Source: a virus (Duplodnaviria; Heunggongvirae; Uroviricota; Caudoviricetes; Herelleviridae). Taken from it: a DNA stretch of 64,000 nucleotides. A model generated the notes under the pieces. It saw nothing but the letters and a program-made list of their open reading frames with translations, made no database searches and was not told where the DNA came from. Shown one piece after another: positions 1 to 10,239 of the stretch (position 1 is the stretch's first letter; every line of letters begins with the position of its first letter). The DNA is taken from the IMG/VR virus record IMGVR_UViG_2706796071_000001; one strand, given 5' to 3'. Both the position numbers and the translations under genes were made by a program.

Positions 1-768
1 ACAGATGATATGTATGAAAAGGTTGTGTATATACGACCTTATGTTGGAGTAATACAAAGCCTTAACCCTCAACATGTACAGTATGAATCATTTTCTAATA
101 ATGGTTATGATATAGAGGCAGAATTAAGTTTCAGGAAAGTAAGTTATTTAGTTGATAAAGGGTCTATACCTACAGATTCTTTATCTACTTTAACAGTTCA
201 TTTAGTAGAAAGAAATCAAGAGCTATTAATAGATTACTTTGATGAGATACAAGACGTGTTGTACGGAGAATATATGGAAGAAGAATATGTATTCGATGAA
301 GATGTACCCTTAAGTACGATACTAGCATTAGACTTAAATGATAATCTTAAATCCTTATCAAATATAAAGTATATGTTCAAAGGTGCTCCTAAAGAGAATC
401 CATTTGGAACAGATAAAGATGTTTATATAGATACTTATAACTTATTATACTGGTTATATTTAGGTGAAGATGAAGAGTTAGCATACCCTATGAATATTAA
501 TTATTTCTTTACAGAGGGTAGATTCTTTACTATATTCGGTAAAGGACATAAGTACAAGGTAGATGTTAGTAAATTTATAGTTGGAGATATATTATTCTTT
601 GGTAGAAGTGATACTAATATAGGTATTTATGTAGGTGATGGAGAGTTTATATCTATGATAGGTAAATTTCCTAAAGATGAAACACCTATAGGAAAATATA
701 AACTTGATGATTACTGGAATGAATTTAACGGAAGAGTTATGAGATTCGATGAAGAGGTGTATATTTAA
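1..768 (+). CDS. Tail/baseplate protein with degenerate NlpC/P60-like C-terminal domain (5' truncated by window)
   Basis: Frame is open from base 1; DTYNLLYWLY and GDILFF...NIGIYVGDGEFI resemble NlpC/P60 motifs; sits upstream of the GDPD spike as in Kayvirus. Confidence 0.7.
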   Translation, partial: TDDMYEKVVYIRPYVGVIQSLNPQHVQYESFSNNGYDIEAELSFRKVSYLVDKGSIPTDSLSTLTVHLVERNQELLIDYFDEIQDVLYGEYMEEEYVFDEDVPLSTILALDLNDNLKSLSNIKYMFKGAPKENPFGTDKDVYIDTYNLLYWLYLGEDEELAYPMNINYFFTEGRFFTIFGKGHKYKVDVSKFIVGDILFFGRSDTNIGIYVGDGEFISMIGKFPKDETPIGKYKLDDYWNEFNGRVMRFDEEVYI

Positions 769-3314
769 TGGTAGTAAGATTCCAATCTTCCATGGGGAGA
801 AGTTTAAAAAGAGTAGATTCAGATGATTTAAATGTAAAAGGATTAGTTTTAGCTACAGTTAGTAAAATTAATTATAAATATCAATCAGTAGAAGTTAAAG
901 TTAACAACTTAACTTTGGGAAGTCGTATAGGTGACGATGGTAGCTTAGCTGTACCTTATCCTAAATCTTTCATAGGAAGAACACCGGAAGGAAGCGTATT
1001 CGGTACAAAACCCCTTATTACTGAAGGTTCTGTAGTATTAATAGGATTTCTAAATGATGATATAAATAGTCCTATTATTCTAAGTGTTTATGGTGATAAT
1101 GAACAGAATAAAATGATTAATACCAATCCTCTAGATGGAGGTAAGTTTGATACAGAAAGTGTCTATAAATATAGTAGTTCACTATATGAAATTTTACCAT
1201 CTTTAAATTATAAATATGATGATGGGGAAGGAACAAGTATTAGGACTTATAATGGTAAATCATTTTTCTCTATGACATCAGGTGAAGAAGAGAAACCTCA
1301 GGCAACAGATTTTTATACTGGAACTGAGTATCAAGATTTATTTACTTCTTATTATGGTAATAAGACATTAATTGAGCCTAGAATACAAAAGGCTCCGAAT
1401 ATGTTATTTAAACATCAAGGAGTTTTTTATGATGATGGTACACCGGATAATCATATAACTACTTTATTTATATCTGAAAGAGGGGATATAAGAGCCTCAG
1501 TTTTAAATACAGAAACACAGAAAAGAACCACACAGGAAATGTCAAGTGATGGGTCTTATAGGGTTATCAAACAAGATGACGATTTAATGTTGGATGAAGC
1601 CCAAGTTTGGATTGAGTATGGTATTAGTGAAGATAATAAATTCTATATTAAAAATGACAAGCATAAATTTGAATTTACTGATGAGGGAATTTATATAGAT
1701 GATAAGCCTATGTTAGAAAACTTAGATGAGAGTATAGCAGAGGCTATGAAGAATTTGAATGAAATACAAAAAGAACTCGATGATATAAACTACCTTCTCG
1801 AGGGTGTAGGTAAGGACAATTTAGAAGAATTAATAGAGTCTACAAAAGAGTCTATAGAAGCTTCTAAACAAGCAACTTCAGATGTTAATAGACTTACAAC
1901 TCAGATAGCAGAAGTGAGTGGTAGAACTGAAGGTATTATAACGCAGTTCCAAAAATTTAGAGATGAGACTTTTAAAGATTTTTATGAAGATGCTTCTACT
2001 GTTATTAATGAAGTAAATCAGAATTTCCCTACTATGAAAACAGATGTTAAGACCTTAAAGACTAAAGTTGATAACCTAGAGAAAACTGAAATACCAAATA
2101 TTAAAACTAGATTAACAGAACTAGAGAACAATAATAACAATGCTGATAAAATAATCTCAGATAGAGGAGAACATATAGGTGCTATGATACAGTTAGAGGA
2201 AAATGTCACTGTACCTATGAGAAAATATATGCCAATACCATGGAGCAAAGTTACTTATAATAATGCAGAGTTTTGGGATTCTAATAATCCTACTCGATTA
2301 GTAGTACCTAAAGGAATAACAAAAGTAAGAGTTGCAGGTAATGTTTTGTGGGACTCTAACGCCACAGGACAACGTATGTTGAGAATATTGAAAAATGGTA
2401 CTTATAGTACAGGATTACCTTATACAAGAGATGTAGCTATATCTACAGCCCCTCAGAACGGTACTAGTGGAGTTATTCCTGTTAAAGAAGGGGATTACTT
2501 TGAGTTTGAAGCTTTTCAAGACTCAGAAGGTGACAGACAATTCAGAGCAGACCCTTATACATGGTTTAGTATTGAAGCTATAGAATTAGAAACTGAGACT
2601 ATGGAGAAAGACTTTATGCTTATAGGGCATAGAGGGGCAACTGGATATACAGATGAGCACACGATAAAAGGATATCAAATGGCTTTAGATAAAGGTGCAG
2701 ATTATATAGAATTGGATTTACAATTAACAAAAGATAATAAGTTATTGTGTATGCATGATTCTACTATAGACAGAACAACAACAGGAACAGGTAAGGTAGG
2801 AGATATGACTTTATCTTATATACAAACTAATTTTACATCTCTTAATGGTGAGCCGATACCATCTCTTGATGATGTATTAAATCATTTTGGAACAAAAGTT
2901 AAATATTATATAGAAACTAAACGTCCGTTTGATGCTAATATGGATAAAGAATTATTAACTCAATTAAAAGCAAAAGGATTAATAGGAATAGGTTCAGAGA
3001 GATTCCAAGTAATTATTCAATCATTTGCTAGAGAATCATTAATTAATATTCATAATCAATTCTCTAATATACCTTTAGCTTACTTAACAAGTACATTCTC
3101 TGAAAGTGAAATGGATGATTGTTTAAGTTATGGTTCTTATGCTATTGCGCCTAAATATACAACTATAACTAAAGAATTAGTAGATTTAGCTCATAGTAAA
3201 GGACTTAAAGTACACGCATGGACGGTAAACACAAAAGAAGAAATGCAAAGCTTAATACAAATGGGTGTAGATGGATTCTTTACAAACTACCTAGATGAAT
3301 ATAAAAAGATTTAA
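768..3314 (+). CDS. Central tail spike-like protein with C-terminal glycerophosphodiester phosphodiesterase (GDPD)
   Basis: N-terminal gp5/VgrG-like OB signature (EGSVVLIGFLNDDINSPIILSVY), coiled coil, then IGHRG, EHT, ADYIELDLQLTKD, HD and WTVN GDPD motifs. Confidence 0.9.
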   Translation: MVVRFQSSMGRSLKRVDSDDLNVKGLVLATVSKINYKYQSVEVKVNNLTLGSRIGDDGSLAVPYPKSFIGRTPEGSVFGTKPLITEGSVVLIGFLNDDINSPIILSVYGDNEQNKMINTNPLDGGKFDTESVYKYSSSLYEILPSLNYKYDDGEGTSIRTYNGKSFFSMTSGEEEKPQATDFYTGTEYQDLFTSYYGNKTLIEPRIQKAPNMLFKHQGVFYDDGTPDNHITTLFISERGDIRASVLNTETQKRTTQEMSSDGSYRVIKQDDDLMLDEAQVWIEYGISEDNKFYIKNDKHKFEFTDEGIYIDDKPMLENLDESIAEAMKNLNEIQKELDDINYLLEGVGKDNLEELIESTKESIEASKQATSDVNRLTTQIAEVSGRTEGIITQFQKFRDETFKDFYEDASTVINEVNQNFPTMKTDVKTLKTKVDNLEKTEIPNIKTRLTELENNNNNADKIISDRGEHIGAMIQLEENVTVPMRKYMPIPWSKVTYNNAEFWDSNNPTRLVVPKGITKVRVAGNVLWDSNATGQRMLRILKNGTYSTGLPYTRDVAISTAPQNGTSGVIPVKEGDYFEFEAFQDSEGDRQFRADPYTWFSIEAIELETETMEKDFMLIGHRGATGYTDEHTIKGYQMALDKGADYIELDLQLTKDNKLLCMHDSTIDRTTTGTGKVGDMTLSYIQTNFTSLNGEPIPSLDDVLNHFGTKVKYYIETKRPFDANMDKELLTQLKAKGLIGIGSERFQVIIQSFARESLINIHNQFSNIPLAYLTSTFSESEMDDCLSYGSYAIAPKYTTITKELVDLAHSKGLKVHAWTVNTKEEMQSLIQMGVDGFFTNYLDEYKKI

Positions 3315-3318
3315 TATT

Positions 3319-3346
3319 AAAGACCTATTAATTTAGGTCTTTTTTT
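3319..3346 (+). terminator. Rho-independent terminator
   Basis: AAAGACCTA/TAGGTCTTT stem followed by a T-tract. Confidence 0.85.
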
Positions 3347-3368
3347 AGTTGTAATTTAAACTAGTTCG

Positions 3369-3378
3369 TGATATATTA
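3369..3378 (+). promoter_or_regulatory. Putative late promoter -10 element (TGATATATTA)
   Basis: One mismatch to the TGTTATATTA motif recalled for Kayvirus late promoters; precedes structural genes; no sigmaA -35 at 17 bp. Confidence 0.6.
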
Positions 3379-3420
3379 GTAGTATGAGATTTATATACAT
3401 ACTGAAAAGGAGAGGATAAA

Positions 3421-4212
3421 ATGCCACAATCAGATGGAATAAGTAATCTTCATAGAATAGCTTTACGCTTCCCTAAAGAAGGCGGTGGTTATGATATGTA
3501 TAGATTTAAAGTTAACCCTGAGAACTACACAATAGATTCACCACAACGTACGACAGCAATTAAAACAAAATCAGATATCGTAATAGAAGATTATGGTAAA
3601 GACATAGAAGTTATTAACTTCACAGGTACAACTGGTTTTAGACCTGTGAGAGAGGCAGATGGGTTAAAAACAGGTAAGCAGAAAATGGAAGAGTTACAAA
3701 GTAGAGTTAGTGAATATGCTATGCAAGGTGGTAGCGGTAACGTAAGTGGCTCTTACTTACAATTTTTTAACTTTACAGATGATAGTTACTATAAAGTTCA
3801 TTTAGCTCCGCAAGGGTTAAAGGTAACTAGGTCTAAAGATGAACCGTTACTTTTTAGATATGAAATAACATTAGTAGTCATCGGTTCATTAACAGAAGCA
3901 GATAGAAGTGCTGTAACAACAGAAGAGTTTGGTAATGTTAAACCTAACGCTTCTCAAAGAGTAGATGAAGGTATAAAAGAATTAGATAAAAATGCTCGTA
4001 AAACTAGAGATAGAAATAACCAAGAAATATCTAGAAGAGAAAATACAATACCTAAATCTACAGGAGATAATACAAACGAGGGTAATAGGTTAAAGCAAAG
4101 TTTCCCTAGTAGTTCTATATATAATCCTAGACAATCTACTAATGGATTAAAAGGTAATATTGACAATATGGCTTTAATAATAGGCTATGGTGATGGAGGT
4201 GTATCTAGCTAA
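3421..4212 (+). CDS. Baseplate / tail tube initiator-like protein
   Basis: FKVNPENY...T...G...INFTGTTG pattern typical of tube-initiator folds; synteny. Confidence 0.55.
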   Translation: MPQSDGISNLHRIALRFPKEGGGYDMYRFKVNPENYTIDSPQRTTAIKTKSDIVIEDYGKDIEVINFTGTTGFRPVREADGLKTGKQKMEELQSRVSEYAMQGGSGNVSGSYLQFFNFTDDSYYKVHLAPQGLKVTRSKDEPLLFRYEITLVVIGSLTEADRSAVTTEEFGNVKPNASQRVDEGIKELDKNARKTRDRNNQEISRRENTIPKSTGDNTNEGNRLKQSFPSSSIYNPRQSTNGLKGNIDNMALIIGYGDGGVSS

Positions 4213-4736
4213 TGAATAATTTTATACCACAACCTCAAGGGTTACTTAGGTTTTTAAACGCTCTAGATACAGATTTAACTTCTTCTCATATGAATTTACT
4301 TGATGAAGAGGTATCATTTGTATCTAAATTTTATACACCGCAATTACAATTAAGTGAATTAGCAAAAAAAGTATTGACAAATATAAAGACAGATGATATA
4401 CCTGTATTAGAAAGAGAATTTAATGATAATACAATTATTCATAAAGCTAACGATACATTACTAAAAGTACAAGCACCAAGAATGTATATGATTCTACAAT
4501 CTATTGTGCTTGAAGCGTATGCTATTGTTAATTGCTTTGTAGAAAATCCAAGTTCTTTAAAATATCTAACTGAAGAAGATGTTAGCATAACACGAGAAAA
4601 TTTAAATTATGTAGCAGATTATTTAGGTAACTATGATGATTACAATAGTGTTGTCTTAGATTTAAGAGACCTAGATTTATGTTTTAGTGCTATAGAGTTA
4701 CAATTACCTCTAATTAAAAAGGAGGCTAACGTATAA
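4212..4736 (+). CDS. Conserved virion protein (174 aa)
   Basis: Coupled ORF in baseplate operon; Kayvirus synteny. Confidence 0.6.
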   Translation: MNNFIPQPQGLLRFLNALDTDLTSSHMNLLDEEVSFVSKFYTPQLQLSELAKKVLTNIKTDDIPVLEREFNDNTIIHKANDTLLKVQAPRMYMILQSIVLEAYAIVNCFVENPSSLKYLTEEDVSITRENLNYVADYLGNYDDYNSVVLDLRDLDLCFSAIELQLPLIKKEANV

Positions 4737-5440
4737 TGAGATTTAAGAAGCACGTAGTTCAACATGAGGAAACGATGCAAGCAATAGCACAGAGATACTA
4801 TGGTGATGTTAGTTATTGGATAGACCTAGTAGAGCATAATAATTTAAAGTATCCTTATTTAGTAGAAACTGATGAAGAAAAAATGAAAGACCCTGAACGA
4901 TTAGCTTCTACCGGTGATACATTGATTATACCTATAGAATCTGATTTAACAGATGTATCAGCAAAAGAAATTAATTCTAGAGATAAAGATGTATTAGTTG
5001 AATTAGCTTTAGGAAGAGATTTAAATATTACTGCAGATGAAAAGTATTTTAATGAACATGGTACTAGTGATAATATACTAGCATTCAGCACAAATGGTAA
5101 TGGAGATTTAGATACTGTAAAAGGCATAGATAATATGAAACAGCAATTACAGGCACGTTTATTAACTCCTAGAGGTTCTTTAATGCTACACCCTAATTAC
5201 GGTTCAGATTTGCATAATTTATTTGGTCTTAATATACCTGAACAAGCTACATTAATAGAAATGGAAGTATTGAGAACATTAACATCAGATAATAGAGTAA
5301 AATCTGCTAATCTAATTGATTGGAAAATACAAGGTAATGTTTACTCAGGTCAATTTTCAGTGGAAATAAAATCTGTTGAAGAATCAATAAATTTTGTCTT
5401 AGGACAAGATGAGGAAGGAATTTTTGCTTTATTTGAATAG
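4736..5440 (+). CDS. Baseplate wedge protein, LysM plus gp25-like domain
   Basis: N-terminal HVVQHEETMQAIAQRYYG...GDTLIIP LysM; C-terminal LLTPRGSLMLHPNYGSDL gp25-type motif. Confidence 0.8.
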   Translation: MRFKKHVVQHEETMQAIAQRYYGDVSYWIDLVEHNNLKYPYLVETDEEKMKDPERLASTGDTLIIPIESDLTDVSAKEINSRDKDVLVELALGRDLNITADEKYFNEHGTSDNILAFSTNGNGDLDTVKGIDNMKQQLQARLLTPRGSLMLHPNYGSDLHNLFGLNIPEQATLIEMEVLRTLTSDNRVKSANLIDWKIQGNVYSGQFSVEIKSVEESINFVLGQDEEGIFALFE

Positions 5441-5454
5441 GAAAGGATTAAATT

Positions 5455-6501
5455 ATGAAAACTAGAAAATTAACTAACATACTATCAAAATTAATAGATA
5501 AGACAATGGCAGGTACAAGCAAGATAACAGACTTTACTCCTGGTTCAGCTTCTCGTTCATTATTAGAAGCTGTATCATTAGAGATAGAGCAATTCTATAT
5601 TCTAACAAAAGAAAATATTGATTGGGGTATACAAGAGGGTATCATTGAAGCTTTTGATTTTCAAAAAAGACAATCTAAAAGAGCTTATGGTGATGTTACT
5701 ATTCAATTCTACCAACCCTTAGATATGAGAATGTATATACCTGCAGGAACAACTTTTACTTCAACACGACAAGAATACCCTCAGCAATTTGAAACATTAG
5801 TTGATTATTATGCAGAGCCTGATTCTACTGAGATTGTTGTTGAAGTTTATTGTAAAGAAACAGGGGTTGCAGGTAATGTTCCTGAAGGAACAATTAATAC
5901 TATAGCATCAGGTTCTAGTTTGATTAGAAGTGTTAATAATGAGTATTCTTTTAATACAGGAACTAAGGAAGAGAGTCAGGAAGACTTTAAACGTAGATTC
6001 CACTCTTTTGTAGAATCTAGAGGTAGAGCAACTAATAAATCAGTAAGATATGGTGCACTGCAGATACCTGATGTAGAAGGTGTTTATGTTTATGAAGAAA
6101 CAGGACATATTACAGTATTTGCTCATGATAGAAACGGTAATTTATCAGATACCTTAAAAGAAGATATAATTGATGCTTTACAAGACTATAGACCAAGTGG
6201 TATAATGTTAGATGTTACAGGTGTAGAAAAAGAAGAAGTTAATGTTTCTGCTACAGTAACTATATCTAATAAATCTAGAATTGGTGATACATTACAAAAA
6301 CATATCGAAAGTGTTATTAGAAGCTATTTAAATAATTTAAAAACTTCTGATGACCTAATAATTACAGACCTTATTCAAGCTATAATGAATATTGATGACG
6401 TATTAATATATGATGTGTCATTTGATAACTTAGATGAGAACATTATAGTACCACCACAAGGGATTATTAGAGCAGGAGAAATAAAAGTAGAACTAAAGTA
6501 A
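5455..6501 (+). CDS. Baseplate J-like wedge protein
   Basis: DFTPGS...LLEA, G..GNVPEGTINTI, GTKEESQEDFKRR, YRPSGI motifs. Confidence 0.85.
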   Translation: MKTRKLTNILSKLIDKTMAGTSKITDFTPGSASRSLLEAVSLEIEQFYILTKENIDWGIQEGIIEAFDFQKRQSKRAYGDVTIQFYQPLDMRMYIPAGTTFTSTRQEYPQQFETLVDYYAEPDSTEIVVEVYCKETGVAGNVPEGTINTIASGSSLIRSVNNEYSFNTGTKEESQEDFKRRFHSFVESRGRATNKSVRYGALQIPDVEGVYVYEETGHITVFAHDRNGNLSDTLKEDIIDALQDYRPSGIMLDVTGVEKEEVNVSATVTISNKSRIGDTLQKHIESVIRSYLNNLKTSDDLIITDLIQAIMNIDDVLIYDVSFDNLDENIIVPPQGIIRAGEIKVELK

Positions 6502-6521
6502 AGAGAGGTGAAACTTAAGTC

Positions 6522-9500
6522 GTGGCTAATTTTTTAAAGAATCTTCATCCATTATTAAGAAGAGATAGAAACAAAAAAGATAATCAAGACCCTAACTTTG
6601 CTCTCATAGACGCACTCAATGAAGAGATGAATCAAGTAGAGAAAGATGCTATAGAAAGTAAGTTACAATCTTCTCTAAAGACATCTACCAGTGAATATTT
6701 AGATAAGTTTGGGGATTGGTTCGGAGTTTATCGTAAGACCGATGAGAAAGATGATGTTTATAGAGCAAGAATTATAAAATATTTACTCTTGAAAAGAGGA
6801 ACTAATAATGCTATAATAGATGCTATAAAAGATTATTTAGGTAGAGATGATATTGATGTAAGTGTATATGAGCCCTTTACAAATATTTTCTATACGAACA
6901 AATCACATTTAAATGGTGAAGACCACTTAATGGGATACTATTATAGATTTGCTGTTATTAATGTCTCTATAGGTGATTATTTTCCTGTAGAGATTATAGA
7001 TGTAATTAATGAATTCAAACCTGCAGGTGTAACTCTATATGTCACTTATGATGGGGCTTCTACTATTAGAGGAAGAGCAATCATTAAGTGGTTAGATGGA
7101 CTACCTAAAATAGAAACATACCAAGAGTTTGATAGATTTACAGGTTATGATGATACATTCTATGGTCATATTAATATGAATCAAAGTAAAGATACTGATA
7201 ACAGTTCATCAGATATTTTTAAAACAAATCATAGCTTAATTAATAGTTTAGATGTTTTAACAGGTTCATCTAGTGTAGGGAGACAGTATATTAACTACGG
7301 ATATGTAACATCATATGTTTATAATCCGGGTATGACATCCTCTGTAAACCAAATAAGTGCTAGTACAGAAGGTAGAGGTCAAGAAGTACCTACTGACTAC
7401 TATATGTATACTAGTACTAAGAATAACAATACAGTAGAGCTTAGTATGCAAACTACTTCCGGAGTGTCTTATTTATATAATAACTTTAATTTTAGAGATT
7501 ATATGAGTAAATATAGACCTCAAGTAGATTTACAATCTGATGAGGCTAGAAGAATTGTATCTGATTATATAAAAGAATTAAGTATTGATTACTATCTTAG
7601 TGCTGTGATACCTCCTGATGAAAGTATAGAAATTAAATTACAAGTTTATGATTTTTCTATTAATAGATGGCTCACAGTATCAATTAATAATTTATCTTTC
7701 TATGAAAAAAATATTGGGAGTAATATAGGGTATATAAAAGATTATCTAAACAGTGAATTAAATATGTTTACTAGATTAGAGATAAATGCAGGTAAAAGAG
7801 ACTCAGTAGATATTAAAGTTAACTATCTAGATTTAATGTTTTATTACTATGAACGAGGAATTTACACAATAAAACCTTATAAAGCATTAGTAGAAAATTA
7901 TTTAGATATATCTAGAGAGACTTATGTAGAGGCGTTTAAAATAGCATCATTATTGAATGGAGACATTATAACTAAAACAGGTTTCCAACCTATAGGATAC
8001 TTAAAATTAGTTGGTAGTTATGAGAATACAAGACCTAGCGCAGTAAACATAGTAGCTAAAGATACAGATAATAATCCTATAGAATCTACTGAGTTAGATG
8101 TGTATAGTACAATAGAAAACAGGAATCTATTACAGTCTTATAAAGGTGTAAATAATATAGCTAGAGAAATAACATCTACGGAAGAGTTTACCGTATCAGG
8201 ATGGGCTAAAGAGATATATTCAACTAATTATTTGTCTAAAGTACTAAAACCAGGTAAAGTATACACTTTATCTTTCGATATGGAAATAACAAATAATGAC
8301 CCGACTCTTAAATCTTATTCTGATAATCATGGTATATATTTATACAGTAATACCAAAGGAATTGTTGTTAATGGTGTTAAATCTATGGAGCGCACTGTAG
8401 GTAACAAAGTATCTATAACTCAGACTTTTACAGCACCTACTATTACCGACCACAGGTTATTAATTTATACTGGAAGATATACATCTGATGGTAAAGCATC
8501 AACTCCTCCAGTGTTCTTTAATACAGTTAAAATTACTGAACTAAAATTATCTGAAGGTAACTCTAAATTAGATTATTCACCTGCTCCTGAAGATAAACCT
8601 AATGTAATAGAAAAAGGAATTCAATTTAATAATATCAAAACCAATATACAGACTTTAAATATCAATTCAGATACTAATCTAAAAAATGTGACTCTATATT
8701 ACTCTTACTATGGTGATAGTTGGGTAGAATTAAAAACTATAGGTAATATTAGTACAGGAGAAACAACAGAAACTAATAATTTAATAGATTTATATGGATT
8801 ACAAACAGTAGATTATTCTAACATAAATCCAATGTCAAAAGTATCATTACGTTCTATTTGGAATGTTAAATTAGGTGAACTTAATAATCAAGAAGGTTCT
8901 TTATCTAATATGCCTAATGACTATTTTAATGCTGTATGGCAAGACATAGATAAACTATCAGATATTGATTTAGGTTCTATGAGAATGGTCAAAGACACTG
9001 AAGGTGGAGTATTTGATGGGGCTACAGGTGAAATTATTAAGGCTACTTTATTTAACGTTGGTGTTTATACTGATTTAGATATGTTAGCTTATACTTTGAC
9101 TAATTATACTGAACCATTAAATTTAGGTTCTAGTAGATTGATAAGTGAGCTAAAAGAAGAATTACTAACATCAGAATCATTTAATGTTGATAATAGAATT
9201 AAAGTAATTGACTCAATCTCTGAGCAATTACCTAATAATAATATATTGAGTAACTCTTATCAAACACAAACGATTACACAGAATGGATTTGCTAAATATA
9301 ATTTGAAAGAACCTATAGAACAAAGAAAACAATACAACCTAAGAATACATGGGGACTTTAAAGAAGGTCTAGAAAGGTTAGCTGTAGGTAATTCTAATGG
9401 GTCATTTAATGAAGTATTTGTTTATCCTGAAAATATTAAAGACGGTATAGTAGATATTACTTATACTTCTAGAGATGATAACTATGCAGAGGGAAAACAA

Positions 9501-9587
9501 AGACTTAATAATGATTATAGAGTTTATGCTAAACCATACGATAGTGGAGTAGTGACAATTTACAGTCTAGAGTTAATAAAAGTTTAA
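6522..9587 (+). CDS. Large baseplate protein (N-terminal gpI/gp7-like wedge, C-terminal putative carbohydrate-binding modules); GTG start
   Basis: YLDKFGDWFGVYRK..E.DD.YRARI and FKPAGV wedge motifs; NLLQS...LKPGKVYTLSFD CBM-like segment. Confidence 0.75.
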   Translation: MANFLKNLHPLLRRDRNKKDNQDPNFALIDALNEEMNQVEKDAIESKLQSSLKTSTSEYLDKFGDWFGVYRKTDEKDDVYRARIIKYLLLKRGTNNAIIDAIKDYLGRDDIDVSVYEPFTNIFYTNKSHLNGEDHLMGYYYRFAVINVSIGDYFPVEIIDVINEFKPAGVTLYVTYDGASTIRGRAIIKWLDGLPKIETYQEFDRFTGYDDTFYGHINMNQSKDTDNSSSDIFKTNHSLINSLDVLTGSSSVGRQYINYGYVTSYVYNPGMTSSVNQISASTEGRGQEVPTDYYMYTSTKNNNTVELSMQTTSGVSYLYNNFNFRDYMSKYRPQVDLQSDEARRIVSDYIKELSIDYYLSAVIPPDESIEIKLQVYDFSINRWLTVSINNLSFYEKNIGSNIGYIKDYLNSELNMFTRLEINAGKRDSVDIKVNYLDLMFYYYERGIYTIKPYKALVENYLDISRETYVEAFKIASLLNGDIITKTGFQPIGYLKLVGSYENTRPSAVNIVAKDTDNNPIESTELDVYSTIENRNLLQSYKGVNNIAREITSTEEFTVSGWAKEIYSTNYLSKVLKPGKVYTLSFDMEITNNDPTLKSYSDNHGIYLYSNTKGIVVNGVKSMERTVGNKVSITQTFTAPTITDHRLLIYTGRYTSDGKASTPPVFFNTVKITELKLSEGNSKLDYSPAPEDKPNVIEKGIQFNNIKTNIQTLNINSDTNLKNVTLYYSYYGDSWVELKTIGNISTGETTETNNLIDLYGLQTVDYSNINPMSKVSLRSIWNVKLGELNNQEGSLSNMPNDYFNAVWQDIDKLSDIDLGSMRMVKDTEGGVFDGATGEIIKATLFNVGVYTDLDMLAYTLTNYTEPLNLGSSRLISELKEELLTSESFNVDNRIKVIDSISEQLPNNNILSNSYQTQTITQNGFAKYNLKEPIEQRKQYNLRIHGDFKEGLERLAVGNSNGSFNEVFVYPENIKDGIVDITYTSRDDNYAEGKQRLNNDYRVYAKPYDSGVVTIYSLELIKV

Positions 9588-9595
9588 TAAATAAG

Positions 9596-9624
9596 TTGAC
9601 AGAAAGTTAATAATATGGTATACT
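9596..9624 (+). promoter_or_regulatory. SigmaA-type promoter
   Basis: TTGACA-17bp-TATACT with extended -10 (TGG). Confidence 0.8.
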
Positions 9625-9652
9625 TATAAAGTAATATTTAGTGGGTATACCA

Positions 9653-9662
9653 TGTTATATTA
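9653..9662 (+). promoter_or_regulatory. Putative late promoter (TGTTATATTA)
   Basis: Exact motif upstream of baseplate/fibre genes. Confidence 0.65.
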
Positions 9663-9682
9663 ATAAAGAAAACAACAGATGA

Positions 9683-10219
<537 letters not shown>

Positions 10220-10239
10220 AGAAAGGGAGATAATTCTAA

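Noticed and set aside
2128-2142. AAT/AAC run encoding NNNNN in the spike protein
   Set aside because: Short linker; too small to indicate phase variation
9644-9651. GGTATACC palindrome between the two promoters
   Set aside because: An 8-bp AT-rich palindrome is expected by chance; no second copy noticed in a regulatory position
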